Shown here piece by piece: positions 15,561-31,520 of a DNA stretch of 64,000 bases; position 1 is the stretch's first letter, and every line of letters begins with the position of its first letter. The position numbers and the translations under genes were made by a program. The stretch lies in NCBI RefSeq assembly GCF_009914755.1, contig NC_060929.1; one strand, given 5' to 3'. Origin of the DNA: the human T2T-CHM13v2.0 reference genome, Homo sapiens. The notes under the pieces were generated by a model. It saw only the letters and a program-made list of their open reading frames with translations, was not told where the DNA came from and searched no databases.

Positions 15561-18500
15561 GTAGAAAGGAGAATTTTATAGGCTTCCACTTGACATTCCT
15601 CACTGTGACATCTCTCATGCCACAGGTTCTGATTCCAAAACAAGGGCTCTTTCAACTCCGTAGTATGTCTATGTCAATTATCATTCAGGTGTCAAATGAG
15701 AATCTGGGTGACACGCCTCTGTGTCCATCACAAACACCTAGTGAAATTATCTGAATTCAGTGAATATTATGCTAATTTGTAGAGGATTTATATTTTGACG
15801 CACATGTCCTATGGCCCTAATAAAGGTAATAAACTAAGTTTCTAAGGATTCCTCTTTGTGAATAATTTCTGATTTAACCTCTTCTCTCTTTTTTCTCTTT
15901 ATCCATGCGATTAAAATTATCTTTACCCTTCTAGCAAATCTGTGCATTCATGATCCAGATCCTAAGTTAATAACACTGTTTTTTTTTTAAGACCAGTCAT
16001 ACATATTCCCTTGGCTCTAAATCTTTCAATAGCTCCATAGACTTTCAGAATATTAAACAAAGAATTAGTTGCACTAGATCAACCAAGAAAGTTTAAGTTT
16101 ATGAACATTGGTACATAAATATTACATTTATGAGCATTGGCAGTGAAAAGAAGGGAAACATTAAGAAAAATTGAGAAATAAACTATGCAAGCTCTTATAA
16201 CTAATGTGTGATGCACAAGGGAGAAAAGTTGTGAATGATGCTGAGATTTCTAGCTTGACTTCAATAGATTCTAATGTTGCGCTCCATGAAAGAGAATAAA
16301 ACGTGTATAAAAGTTGTTTACTTATAGGTGTTAAGCTCTTTTCTTAGACTCTGATCTATCTGGTAAATGCACTAACACATCTTTGTACTCTTCACAGGAT
16401 TTACTATAACATACTGTATGTAAAATGAGTCTCAAAAAAGTATTTGATTTATGTGTGGGTAAATGTGGACTATCAGAATCTTATCTACAGTGCTACAAAT
16501 CTGCTGAGGTTACTGGAGCCAAGGAGAAACAAGTCAGAGTAAAAAAGCTTTTTCAAAAATCCTGATGTTTAGATACATGGGCAAGCAAGCCATGTTATAT
16601 TACTAATATCAAGGCAAGCATTAGTATTTCCTCCCCTTATGCCTTCACATTCCCCAGAAGAGAATTTCTACTTTCTTTAAAGACTCTTTTTAATGTTTAT
16701 GTGAATAAGTTGGTGGCCAGGTAAGGAAAAGAGAAACTTGTTCACCAGACCCATGAATTGTACTAGAAAAAATGTACATATCTCATGGGATTGTAAATTA
16801 AAGTGCAGACCTTTTTCCCTCAGTCGTCACCTACGTATAACTACTTGTATATCTCATGTGTGGTCAATCTTCTCCATTTTGTATTTGGAGACAAGGGAGC
16901 AAATGATAAAGGAGGATGACAAAATTCTAGCTAGAAATGATAGCAGACAAGAGCAGCGATTCTGAAAACTAAAGTGGAAAGCAACACAGAACCTCCTATT
17001 GGCATTGTTAGGACCCAACAGAGCATCCAGGGTTGTAGGGGATATCACATTAAGAACTTGTGAATAATGTGATATCCCCTATAACTGTCCAACTCGGAGT
17101 CTAGGCAGACTGGCTCTTCATTAGTGGGAACTGACAAGCCATTTGGCACTGAAAAGACATCAGAGAGGAAGAACAAAACCCTGCCTTGGGCAATGGCATC
17201 ACTGAGGAGCACTAATTCACTTAGCCTGGGACTGCTAGATTTTTCTTTTGTTTGCACCAGCATATGGGCAATATTATTAGAATAGCTGTTTTGCTCTTCT
17301 GCGTCTGTTGCTAACACAAATAAAACCTTTCTGGTCACCTTATTTATACCTTCTGCTCACATGACAAAGATAATGATTTTCAGTCTTCTCAAGGCACATC
17401 TCATAGCAACACATGGTTGTTATTGTAAATAGGTTAGTTTAACTCTACTGGCTCACCAAGATGTGAAGTTCAGCTCATTGCCCACGCAAGCACAGCTACA
17501 GGCTTGGAACGAGATCTCAGGGAAGAAATGCATTGCAAAAAAGAAAATCCCTTAAATGGGATATATGAGGACAGAAGAAAGGGAATTAATTGGTACTGTG
17601 AAACTTAAAAATGGTAATAAATTATGATACAGCGTTGGCAACATTAATGCAAAAATAGTAATAATGAACAGCATTTCTGTTGTTGTTTTATAGTTTATTG
17701 AGCAGAAAAAATAAGGATTTTATATATTAAAAACAAATTGTTCACTGAGGAATACTCAAATTCTTTAAGTTAGTTAAGGGTTGAGCTAACCCTGAGACTT
17801 AATGATCCTTATAGTTTGCCTACTGCTTTTTTTTTTCCTATAAAGCAATTCTATCCCTTAAAATAAAAGCCAAGCCAAATAAATGTAAAAGATAACAATA
17901 GAAATGGAAATTCTCTCTATCTTATTAGGCCTGTGCTGCACATTTCTTTGCCTATGTTCATTAATAATATAAAAAGAGTGCATATGTCATGGTATCTGTC
18001 TAATACGAAGATCATCAAGCTCATGTCACCATTGGGCTAGAGGTCCGATTAATGCCAAAAACACAGAACACATAGAGAAGATCATCCGTGTCTAATTGTA
18101 ACATCCTGGAAGCTGATGTGCTGTCTTCTCTGTAAAAATCTATTACATTTTGGGAGAAGGCGTCAGTATGAAAAATCATCCCGCCACCACTTACTTGACC
18201 AAGAGTTAAATGGAAGAAGAAACTTAGCTCCCTTGAGAAAAAATATTTACAACACACCAAACATTTTTTTTTATTAGACACAAAGTATCAAGCACAAAGG
18301 CATGGAAGGAAAAATCAGCAAGACATTGAATTATTCTCATTCTGCTGCCTCGCTATTCCGCCCCATTTTCTGTATTTCTCTTTCTTTGTTCCTTCTCCTT
18401 TTTCCTCCCCTGGCCTCTGCTGCCTACTCACCTTCCACCCCCTTCATTCCCTCCGCTATCTTCTCTTTTTGCCTATATCCTCCATCTCCTTCCTAAATTT

Positions 18501-19889
18501 CTGGGAAGGTGAAAGGAGCTATGTAGTATAATGGTTATATGTGTATGTAACGCCTATGTCTGCCTATTTTTAAGTTATTGTTTTTAATATTGTTTTTAAT
18601 TAATTATATTTTTAAGTGAATTCAAACCTATGGTTATTGGATAGTCTACTGTGCTGCACTTTATACTTGCTTTTTGTCTGTTTTATTTCACGCTTAGATC
18701 AGTTATCTCAGCTATGTGATCGAGCTTGACTAAAATGTCAGTATGCAATGAATGATAAACTTGATTATTATCAAAACCTGGTGAAAAATACATGCACTCT
18801 ATGTCATTAATGACATGATAATTAAATATCTTATGTTCATATTTAAAATAATGCATTTTATACATGTATATCCATATATATATGAGGATAAAAAAAGAAA
18901 GGATAATTAAATCAAAAGTCTTGGAGTATTTTTAATGCTTAGAAAATAAAATACTATCTTTCTTCATAAGTAAGAGCATTTTGACCATTGAACTTCCAAG
19001 TTTAGAGTCTAACCCCTTGGTTAAATGGCATAGTTTACAGGCAGGCTTTTTAGCAAATACCATGTGGCAAGACTAGACTAAACCTGGAATCCAAACATTT
19101 ATCTCATGACAGCTACCCTTACTTGGAATTGACTGTGTTTACCAATGAATCTAAAATGTAATTAATGAAATTTCTGTTTGTTTGAGAGAGGAGATTTGGA
19201 AGGGGAAATGAAAAGTGTAAAAAACCCATAATTACTCAAAGTTACCCAAATGGATTTGTAGGAAAATGACAAAGTACAAAGTTTCCAAGGAAATTTTCCA
19301 GTGCAATTTTAATTCACCTAAACTAGCAACATCTACATCTGCTGAGGTCAAATATCTTTGAAACCATGCCGTATTGGAGCTACACTTTTTTTTTTTTAAC
19401 ATAACAAAGTTCAGATTTGTTTTCTTTTCAGTTAAGGAGTTCTGGTTTTCCCAACATGCTATGTCAAAGTGTGTACATTCCTTTTAGAGCCTGATAAATA
19501 GAGAAGCAATCTGTCATCCATGATATCATCTATGATAGCAAAAGTCTGGGCAAATATTTAAATAAATACCCATAAGCAACCCTGAAATTATGGGCTATAG
19601 AAAGTATTTATAATTATCCTTTGGAATTTTCCAAGAGAGAAAGGTGCTTTCCCACCCTTATCTCATGTAATTTTCAAAACTGTCTGGAGTTTGGGGACAA
19701 AAATAATGCAAATATTCCCAGCAGTTTTTCATGGAGTTTGCAGTGAAGCTAGGAATTGAATCTGGGCCTGCCCAGATTTCCTTCTGGCTAAATGATATGT
19801 GTGTCTGGGCCTGATGGCTCCTTCCAGCTTCTTAACACTATCCTTTCTAGTCTGTAGCCTTTCTTATCCTGGACCTTGTCACTGTGAAG

Positions 19890-20050
19890 ATGTTTATGAA
19901 ATTTCAGTTACAGAAATAGATATGTATCTTTCATTTTTTATAGAAAAAGAAATTGATCCCCAGAGAGGTAGAAGAGTCCATTAGAGTTAATAAGTTCTAA
20001 ATCCAGGAATAGAATCTGCATTTCTTGTTTCCAGGTCACTGCTTTTTTCA
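19890..20050 (-). mobile_element. MIR fragment
   Basis: CATTTTTTATAGAAAAAGAAATTGATCCCCAGAGAGGT resembles the MIR core. Confidence 0.55.
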
Positions 20051-22305
20051 ATTCAACAGAACAATTCTGGTCAGTTAATTTTCCAGTAGATCTTCCTAAC
20101 ACTTTGATTAAAATTTAATCTATTTTTTTAGATTTATATACCTGTCATTTTTATTGGTTAATTGTTAGTCAATTGTATCTTTAATTAGTTGTGTGATGGA
20201 GTTGCAATTTATGTTTGACTATCCCACTGAAGTGTTGCCTTTATTTTCTTTTTTGACTCAGGAGTTTCCCCATGACTGAACTCTAGGCATTTGTGCAAAT
20301 AGCTGATAAAATGGCATAGTTAGAAAGGGCCATGGTGGTAAGGAATACTGGTAGATTTTTCACAAGTAGCATGTCTGAGATTTCAAATTTAATTAAGAAT
20401 GTTGGGCCAAATTCTCTATGGATATTTCCTGATTAATGAAATAAAGTTACAATAAATTGCATGAAAAACAAAGTTGAATGACAGTTTTTAATCCTTGAAA
20501 TCAAGAGTAACACATTGACACACTATTTCAAGTGTTAAATATTGTTACACAAAAGCATATATTTTTGTAGTGGAAAATGTCATTTTAACTTACTTTTGGG
20601 TCTGTACTTTGTAAACCCCAATTGGTCTTCATAGGGTTTTAATAATGTAGGCAGTCCAGATAGATGGTGATTGAAGCATAATTATAGTACTTTACGGTTT
20701 GCAAAGAACTTTCAATGTCATGATCTGAGTTGAGGCTTATAATGTTCTTAGAATTTATTGGTTTATTATTGTTATATCGTAAAAAGTAACATTTAAAGAT
20801 ACTAAATAATTTAGTCAGCCACAAAATGAGTTAATCGTGTAGTTTGAGGTTTGTCCATGTTTTCAAATTTCAAATTAGTCAGAAAATAAATATTTATTGA
20901 GTATCTCTGTGTGCCAGGCATTGTCCTAGGTACTGGAGATAGAGTAGTAAATATGACAGTCTTTACCTTCATGGGGTTTACAATCTCCTAAATGGAGATG
21001 ATAATTAACCAGAAGCCAGAAAACAGACAAACATAAAACAAATTTCAGTTGCTCCTTATGTATGGAAAAGCCAGGATAATGTGTCAGTGTTTGAAGTCAG
21101 GGGCAAACTAAATGCTTTAGAAAGGATGGTCACAGAAGGCCTGACGAGGAGTCATTTAATGCCTGAGTTACGGAAAGAAATCAGCTGGGTAAAACCCTGG
21201 GAAGTGTTCCAAACACAGGGATCTAAGGTGGGAAAGATTTTGGTGTTTCCAAAAGAAATGATAAGGGATAGAGTTAAGAGATAACGATGTTGTTATAGGC
21301 AGAGGGGAGATTATGTAGCACCTTGCATATTGTGTTGAATAGTTTAGAATGTTGTATAATTTCAGTGATATGCCATTAGAGGATTTTGAGAACAGATGTG
21401 GTGTGACTGGATTTATGATTTAGAAAATCCATTCAGCTATTGTGTATAGGAGGATTGCTTGTGAGGGGCCAAACTGGAATTGCACACACACACACACAAA
21501 ATAGCTAGGAGATTACAGAGATAAACCCATGAGACAGAATACCGTGTCTTGGACTGAAGTGGGTGGCAATTAATCTAGTGAGGAATGTGGGGTGTGTCAC
21601 TATTAGACTGATAGAAAGGAATGGGGAGGAAGAGAGAAAGAGTAGAATCAGGAATAATTTTGGGTGTTTTTGTTCTGAGTAAATGGGTATACAGTAATTT
21701 TCTGAATTAGCAAAGGCTTAGTGTGAGGAACATTTAGGGATATAAATTTAACAAATGCTTATTGAGTGTGTATTACCAGCCTATGACCATACTTAACACT
21801 GGGAAAATAGCTGTGGGGATTAGTTCCTGTCTTTATGGACACGTTTTCCAGGTGGGGGAGACAGACAATAAATAAATAATACGTATCGAGTGATGATAAG
21901 TGCTATGGAGAAAACGTTAACATTACAAGGCAAATAGGAAGTCTTAAGATAGGGTTGATCTTCTATACAGGTTTGTTAGGGAGGCCTCTGCAGTGGGGTG
22001 ATGTATGCAGAAAGACCTAAAGACAGTGAGGAAGTGAGCCATCCCAAATCTGATTGGATTATTGGATATTTGTGGAACATACAAATTTTAAAGGTAGATA
22101 TTCAAGTCTGGAGTTTAGTGGAGAGCTTGGGGTTCAATATATAAATTTGGGAGCCTTTGGTATACAGCTGCATTTAATGCCCTAGACTTATAGGAAATAG
22201 AAGAGGGCTTGAGAGAGACACCTTGATCTTGTCCGGGGGCACATCTATTTAGAGATCATATGGGGAGAAGAGAATGCGTGAAGAAAGAGAGAAAAGAGAG
22301 AGAGA

Positions 22306-22643
<338 letters not shown>

Positions 22644-22895
22644 TTAAGTCTGTGGTCACACAGTGTTACCTGTGTTGAACAAAGGAGGGAGAAGTCAACA
22701 GTGTCAAATGCTGAGAAAAGTCACAGTTGAGAACAGAAAAGTGCCCATTGGCTTTGACAAGATTCAGATTCTTGTTGAAACTGAGCAAAGCCAATTTAAT
22801 GAAATGCTGAGGACTAAATCTCCACTGGAGTGGATTGAGAAGAGAATGTGATATAGGGAAGTAAAACCATGAGTATAGTCTAGGTTTGAGAGGCA

Positions 22896-22898
<3 letters not shown>

Positions 22899-22936
<38 letters not shown>
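22899..22936 (+). repeat. (TG)19 microsatellite
   Basis: Direct inspection. Confidence 0.95.
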
Positions 22937-22938
<2 letters not shown>

Positions 22939-25612
22939 GGAGATCGAAATCACATGGTTGTGGCTAGAAGCTCATGTGGGATCAAAGAAGGATTTAGTTT
23001 GTTTTTATGATGAAGACATTAAGACATATTTCTAAGTTGAGAAATGATTTAGTATAGAGGGAGAGATTTATGAGCTAGAAGAAAAAGGAGATAATTTCAA
23101 AAGCAACATGCTTATTATAAAGGCAAGGAAAGAGTATCTAGGGTACAAGGAGAGAGAGTGGAATTAATCAGAAAAAGGAGCTCTAATTCCATTGGAAAAA
23201 AATGAAAAGTAGGAGAGAGAAGAGAGAGAGAGAAAGTATGTGTGCATGTGTGTTTGTATGTGGTGGTAGCTGGAGGAAATTGGTAGTGGGAAGATGAAGT
23301 TGGCTTTTAAAAATGATATTATCTATTTTTTTCAGTGAAGTATGAATCTGAAGTTGACAACTGTATGTGAGATGCAGTTGAGCTTTACAGACTTAAACAA
23401 AGCAAGGTGTTAACTAGTTGTCTCAGAGAGGGTGGAAGTGAATTTACTAGAGCAATGTTAAATGGCTATAATAGCTAACCTAATTTATAGTGAATCCAGC
23501 CAGCAAGTATGTGGAATTGGACTAATGTTTTTAGCTGCTCAGGAACAACTGTGTCAAGTAAGTACATAGTTGAGTTTAACCAGGCTTGGGTTTTTACCAG
23601 TCCAGTATGATAAAAGAAGGATAATTTTTGTAGTGGAGTCATTATATTTTTGGATGATGAAATATGTGCTTTTTAAGATAGAGAGGGGGTTACGGATAAT
23701 GAAAAAACTAGTAGAGTAAATAGATTAAAATTAGCTGTGGGATAAAAGAAAATTTTAACTAACCATCAAAAAATGGGATGACTGAAATTGAGATTTTGCA
23801 GATAGTGCGATCGGGCATATGGCCATATGAGGGTGGCTGGGGTAAGGAGAAGACAAGATTTTTGGCCCTTTACATTCCAAGAATTGGGAGGGCAGGGTAT
23901 CAGGTGGCTATATGCTGATTTTAAAGTCACAATGATTGATGAATGGGGTGGCAGAGTCTACTAATGAGATAGGCTTAGTAGATGACATTTCACGGTGTAG
24001 GGACAATGGCAAGCACTATGGCATGTGCTTCAAAAAAGCAGGGGTTTTGAAAGAAGGTATGAAACAATTTGGAAATAACAATGGGAAGCAACGGGGCGAT
24101 CCACTCCACTTCCAGACTATAAGGATCATAGGGAATAGAGAGTAACATATCTTTACTTGAGAGGGAAGTAGGAAGAAATGTTCTCAGGCAAGAGCCTGAT
24201 TTTATTTAGAGCAAGAAGGTGTAGGACATTTTCAGGAAAGAAGCTGAGGATGGAAGTAAGATTGCTGAGGACAGACCAGGATTTCTAGAAGCCATAATGG
24301 GAGCATCTGGGAGGAGAGAGAAGGTTGGGTGATAAAGTCAGATTAGTGGCATTGCCAAAGAATAGAAGACTGACATCTATGTGGTGATCTAGGGAGCTTG
24401 GATTTATGATGGTGACTGAGCGGAGCAATATGATGAGCAGTGTTGGGTTTGCTTCAGAGTGTGTGGCAATTGGAGAATTTTGATGGCTGATTGGTCCATA
24501 CTTAGAAGTGCAGGACAACTGGAATCATGTAAGGTAAAAGCTTTGGGCTACTGATCTTCTTAATTCAAGTCTAATATTTTCCTTGTTGTTAACCTGGGAC
24601 TCCTATATCATGTTTTTTAAAGCTCCTGTGAAGTATACAGTATTAGTTGCTCTCTAGGAGTACCAGAAAGGAAAACTTGCTCCTACTTTTTGTGAAACTC
24701 AGAGAAAAAAAAAAGGGAAAACAACTAGGAAAATAAATATGGTTGCTTTATAATATACAAACTGTAGATTTATGTTAGGAGGGAATGCATAGGATAGGGC
24801 TGATAAAAAGAATGCAGCATAGAGATTGCAAATTTTAAATAGTATCTGGAAGAGACCTTTTACTTTGCTGGGAAATAAGGTATAGGGCATTTTGGTCTGG
24901 TTTTTATAGTTGCAATGGGAAGCACTTAATTTATTATAAGACTGCCTTTGGAAAAATAGATGGATTCTCATGGAAATTTGGAGAGGAGTCACACCAAGTT
25001 CTCATGAAACCTAAAGTTTGATGATGGGGAGTGGCTGAATTCTCAGGATCTATTAAAAGCTTAGAATTTTTAGTTTATGGATTTTATAGTCTAAGATTTT
25101 GCATTTGTTAATATGACTTTGCTGTACTCTAGGAGATTTGTTCCTGTTTCTCCAGCTTGCCTTTGTGAATTCTTTACCTCCCATTACAGTTGCCAACAGA
25201 TAGAATATGATTAACTTGCATAATAGACCAAGTGATTAAGCGCCCCATGGATAGACTATATCTAATCAGGAACAACCTTCTCAATTAACCAAGATTGGAA
25301 ATGAGAGGAATGAGATTATGTGACTACTTAGGCAGCAAGGACTGTGGTTGGACAGATTCCCTTAGAGGGAGATATGGGAAGCAGGCAATGACTACCATCG
25401 CTCACTGCTAAGCTATTCCAGGCTGCAGAAGGACGTGTACAAATGCCTCAAATTATCTGTATTTTTGTATTGGGGAGTGGTCATCAGCATTCTGAATTCA
25501 TGTATATTTAGCCTTATAATTGTAATGTTTATTATTGCATGATGCTATATGCCATTTTGGCTCATATTCTAGAACAGTTTTTAGAACCTTGTAGATGAAC
25601 CATAGGAAGTAG

Positions 25613-25996
<384 letters not shown>

Positions 25997-26993
25997 TAGA
26001 GGAAACACGTTTGATAGGAAATTTACAACTTGCTACTAAAATATGCTTCTGTTCCTAGAATTATGCCAAGTGAATGGAACAGATTGTCATTTACTAATGT
26101 AACTAATGTAACCCTGAGTTCTGGTATGTCTCTGCCAGGATAATTTGAGGAAGGGAAAGTTGGGGATACTCACCTTTGATTTTGTTTGAGCTTCATATTT
26201 TCTTTCTCAAGAAAATTTAATGAAACAGATTTTACTGAACAGCACCTGGCACTTCCTACTTGTATAAACTTTTAACCTAACATTACAGAAATCAAAAAGT
26301 TTTCATTAACAGTGAATAAAATTATAATTATATAAAATTATAATTCTGTTTAAAAATTTCAACTAATGCCTTTCATTGCTAAAATCTTTCCTAAAATTAA
26401 GCAAAATCAGACTAGCTATGAATATTCTTCAATATTGCTTTCAATATGTCCTAAGGACTCAACTGCTTTCTTATTCTTTTGTATTACCTTCTCTTCTAGA
26501 CATTTGAAGTTCCCTTGAGCTCTCCAAAATTTAACTAATAAATAAGATACAGTGTCCCCAATTTCCTTAGTATTTGTGGTCCACAAGAATAATCAGGAAG
26601 GTTTCTAATAATTCCAAACAATCAGAAAAACAATTACAAAATTGCACACATTTATAAACTGCATAACAAACATAAAATTACAAAACTTTCAAATTTCTTA
26701 CAATGGTAGTTTTTAACTTCCATCTATATTGGTAACTGAAACTCCCATGGACTTCTATTTTGATTTTTTTAATCTTTGGGGTAGAATTTCCCAAAACACT
26801 CATTTACCTCAGATTTTGTCCTTCCTTGCTGACAAATAGAACAAGTGAAAAAAGACTAAGCATCATCTTGGCTCTGAAGACAAATTAGAATTTTCAAGAC
26901 CACCAAGTTCATTAATGAGTTAGCCTCATAATTGTAATGTTTACTATTGCATGATACTATATGCCAATAGGTGTTGGCCTTGCTCAAGAAAAG

Positions 26994-27354
<361 letters not shown>

Positions 27355-28197
27355 TGAAGGCTGAAAAGTCCCCCGAGGCATAAAGAAGCAAAACATGGCA
27401 ATAAAGGGTTTTTTTCTTCTTTTATATCTAGACACAAGCACTGGCCACAAGGATTATTTGATGGCATCAAACCTCAAGTCTGCATTCCTGGGGCCATGTT
27501 TACTATTCTTTCCTTAGACTATCTTAATGTGAGTTGGGGTAGGTAATGGGAGAACAGACTTTTTTATCTCCCTCGGGGAGTAATGTTTTTCCTAAAAAGG
27601 GCTCATAAATCAGATCAAGGACAGGTTAAAGAGAAACAGATCATAGCAATCTCTCAGGGCTGCACAACAAACTTTATCAGTTGTAGCTTTCAATTCCATG
27701 AGGTGCTCTTGCTATCTAAAAACGAAGTGAGAAATTGCATCTTGCTGTTTACAACAGAAATGGAATCATTTTTCACAACCTGACCTTTATGCCAGGTGCT
27801 TTTTCATCAGAAAATATGTCAGTGAGAAAGGGGAAAGGGAATGAATGGTGGAGCTTCATATGAAATCTGAAATTAAATCTATTTCAAGATAGTCATCTTG
27901 AAATCGGTGAAGTATCTTGTTTCCACAAAATCAAACAGAGTATCTAAAACATTTTATTTCATATTTGACTACATTTTGTACATAATGTAACTGGGTTTTG
28001 AATTTATAGGAAAGAGGCTCCTTTCTCATTTGGAACACAGAGAACTTTAGTTTCTGATAAGCCAACTGAATTTGATTTCACTGGAGAGTTGGTTTGAGGA
28101 AAACATGCAAGAACAGAAAAACTAGTCTATAGGAATAACACATTAGTGAATAACAAAATGTTTACAATGAAAATAATCTGTGGTAAAAGATGTTGCT

Positions 28198-28404
28198 CCA
28201 GCCTAGGCAACACAGTGAGATCCCACCTCTATAAAACCGAAACTGTTAGCCAGGCATGATGGCATATACCTGCAGTCCCAGCTACCAGGGAGACTGACAG
28301 AAGAAGATCACTTGAAATGGGGAGGTCGAGGCTGCAGTGAGCTGTGGTCAAGTCACTGCACTCCAGGCTGGGTGATAGAGCAAGGCTTTGTCTCAAAAAA
28401 AAAA
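28198..28404 (+). mobile_element. 5'-truncated AluJ
   Basis: GGAGGTCGAGGCTGCAGTGAGCTGTG (J type); flanked by AAAAGATGTTGCT / AAAATTGTTGCT. Confidence 0.8.
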
Positions 28405-29055
28405 TTGTTGCTGTTATTTCTGTCACTTCAAAATTTAGAGAAGTTATTCAGTAGAGAGTGCCATTCAAAAAGTAAAAATGTGTATCCTAAAGGAGCAAAC
28501 AAGTCAGTGTTTTTTTAAATTACATTTTTTTTTCTTAAATTACCAAAAGAGTAAAGCTCAGCTTCAATCACACCAATTTACAATTATAGGAAGGATGAAA
28601 ATTTCCCCAAATGTCCCTTTTAACAACATCTCCAAGGAAACCACTGCTAGTACTTTGGCATATTTGCTCCATGATTTTCCTGTGCGTTTTCTAACTGTCT
28701 CTCTCTCTCTTTCTCATACTTTTACCTTATATAGTCCTATACTGTTTCAATGTTATAACTAGGTATTTTTTTAAATAAAAAGATATAAATATATGGACTT
28801 TTTTCATTACCTCTGCAAATAATGGTATTACAAACAAAAAGTCAGAAACATCAATAACTTTAAGTAAGACCTTTAAAAGGCCATGCCTATACAGCTAGCT
28901 GACCACCCTTAGGTCCATGAATTTTAACACCTTTTTCTACCTGGGACATAAAAAATTGAAAGAGGTTGAAAAGCAGGTACCTTAACCTCATTTCTTGGGA
29001 AGGGAACACATTACTGAAACTCATAAAGTTTTTCTTTGAAATTTTTCTTTACAAA

Positions 29056-29363
29056 GGCCGGGCGCGGTGGCTCACGCCTGTAATTCCAGCACTTTGGGAG
29101 GCCGAGGCGGGTGGATCACGAGGTCAGGAGATTGAGACCATCCTGGCCAACATGGTGAAACCCCGTCTGTACTAAAAATACAAAAATTAGCCGGGTGAAG
29201 TGGCACGCACCTGTAATCGCAGCTATTTGGGAGGCTGAGGCAGGAGAATCGCTTGAACCCGGGAGTCGGAGGTTGCAGTGAACCAAGATCGTCACTGCAC
29301 TCCAGCCTGGTGACAGAACAAGACTCCATCTCAAAAACAAAGAAATAAATAAAGAAAAAATAA
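29056..29363 (+). mobile_element. AluSc-like
   Basis: GGATCACGAGGTCAGGAGATTGAGACC, CCTGGTGACAG; perfect 18-bp TSD GAAATTTTTCTTTACAAA at 29038-29055 and 29364-29381. Confidence 0.93.
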
Positions 29364-30718
29364 GAAATTTTTCTTTACAAAATTTGGACAGGAACTCATA
29401 CTCTTATGTCTGTAAGAGTGGATACATGCCGTATCTATTTTAATCTATGGATTTTCAGAGGAGTTGCTTTCCTGGGGTGGGGGAAAGAGACCGCAACTCA
29501 CATTAACATACTAAGAAATGGTATACAAAACATGTCTGATCAACTTGAGTGACCCCAACAGTGCCCAGAGCACAGAAAAGGACAATAGGACCCCAAATGG
29601 GAGGAAGAGTCTAGAATTGTGAGTCCCCAATTTGCAATGGGTCCTGTTGATATGAGAACATAACTGATTTTGAAACTCATCCCAGTAGGGTACTGTGGGG
29701 GTGTTTGCATGGCCTGGGACTTAGTGGCTAAGAATGTGAGCATAGAAAAAGCTACAACATTTTCAGGTTCATGCAACCTTTGCTGTGGGGTATCCCCTGG
29801 CTGAGCAGAATAGATATATGAACACAATAGATATGCGGCAAATATTCATCTCACCACATGTAATACTGATGCCTGGGTAAATGAGGACTTCACCACAGAA
29901 GCAGAGGTGACAGTTGTGGTGGTAATTCAAGGTCAAGGAAACTGGCAACTCACTTAAGCTGCCTCTCTCAGTGGGTGTCTGGGGCCATGAGAATCTGTCA
30001 TGTCTAGTTGTGTGGCAAATGGGAAAATCTCTTATCATTAACTACCAAGAGATTTTAAGGTACGTATGTCTTTTGCTGTGGGGCCTTTCCCCAAATTGAG
30101 CATCATCTCGAAAGAGTGGTGATGTTAGTAATGGTTCAGGAGTAGATTTCAGGTCCAAGTTGGTGCCGTGGCAAAGAAGTCAAAAGAGACTGGGAACATC
30201 ATCAGTAGCAAAAGGGGCAAAAGGCCAGAGAACTGATCAGATAAGGTTTATGCGCATCCTTGGGAAACCTCAGATACATGCATTTAAAGAGATGCTCTCA
30301 ATCAATAGACAAGTAGGGATTGGTAGCATCAAGATTTGAGTACTAACAGATATTAATGTTAATATTCATACATTGTATTCACCTTATTGTAAGTGTGTTG
30401 CTGAAGCAAATGTCTCTCACATTACCTAAGATCAGCCTTGAACAAGTTTTTCAGAGAAAATGAATTTATTTTTCAAGTCATTGTAGCTACTCTTAGTTTA
30501 TGTATATTATCAGATAATGATTTGCAGCTTTTAAATGACTTAGAAAACTAAAACTTATTTTCTAAAGTCATAAAACTTTATTTTCAAAGAATTTGAAGTT
30601 CAAATTTGAATGAGATTATTATCAAAATAACGCGTTCTTTAGCTTTTTCCTTTATAAAATATTTATAAAATATTGTCAGGGTTTTTGTTTGCTTGCTTTT
30701 CTTTTTGCTACGGAAGTA

Positions 30719-30946
30719 CTAGTTAAATATCCTTTATCCAAAATGCTTGGGATCAGAAGTATTCGCCATTTCTTTTTTGGAGGGATTTTGGAATATTTTC
30801 ATTACTGATTGAGCATTCCTAATCTGAAAATCTGAAGTCTGAAAATCTCCAGTGAGTATTTACTTTGGGCATGATGCCAGCACTCAAAGTTTCACATTTA
30901 GGGGCATTTTGGATTTCAGATTTTTAAATTAGGAATGCTCAACCTG
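30719..30946 (+). mobile_element. Tigger4a (MER46A) MITE
   Basis: TATCCAAAATGCTTGGGATCAGAAGT...GGAATGCTCAACCTG with flanking TA. Confidence 0.85.
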
Positions 30947-31309
30947 TAATACTTGCTTGGCTTTGAAAAATGTAAAGGTCAAGGAACGCATAAAAAAGAA
31001 GTGTCATCCTTAATTCTACTAATTCCTTCAAAAATATGCATAGCTAGTGATCAGGATGTGTCAAACAAGGGGATTCTTTTACTTCTACCTTTGTTCTTGG
31101 TCCATCTAAGGAAGTAATTAATACCCCAAATTCCTATGTCAGATACTTCGTTAAAGAAATTAACTTGACTATTCATAATCTCTCAAAAGGCAATGCCTGT
31201 GAGAATTATTCTTTCTATTTTTTGATCTGGAGGGGTTGTTTGCACAGTCATATGGTGCAGTAATATAAGCAGTAGGATGTCACCGAAATGTACAAAATTA
31301 AATATCAAT

Positions 31310-31520
31310 GATATTGGTAGCTAACACATTTTGTACTTAGTATGTGTCAGGCTCTATTATTAGAACTTTGTATGTATTATATTACAAATGCCTCACAAAA
31401 ACTCTGTGAGCAGATACTATTATTATCTCTATTTCACAAACAAGGAAACGAAGGCACGTAAAAGCCAAGTAGCCTGTCTGAGCCTACACAGCTAGAGTCC
31501 GTGGGTAACACAGGCAGATT
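31310..31520 (-). mobile_element. MIR
   Basis: ACTATTATTATCTCTATTTCACAAACAAGGAAACGAAGGCAC MIR core. Confidence 0.75.

Noticed and set aside
17045-18281. ORFs of 97 and 86 aa in unique sequence
   Set aside because: Non-ATG starts, no homology recognised, no exon structure
29520-30350. Moderately GC-richer stretch with Cys-containing ORFs, possible ERV env relic
   Set aside because: No convincing motif or flanking LTR recognised; needs Dfam/tBLASTn
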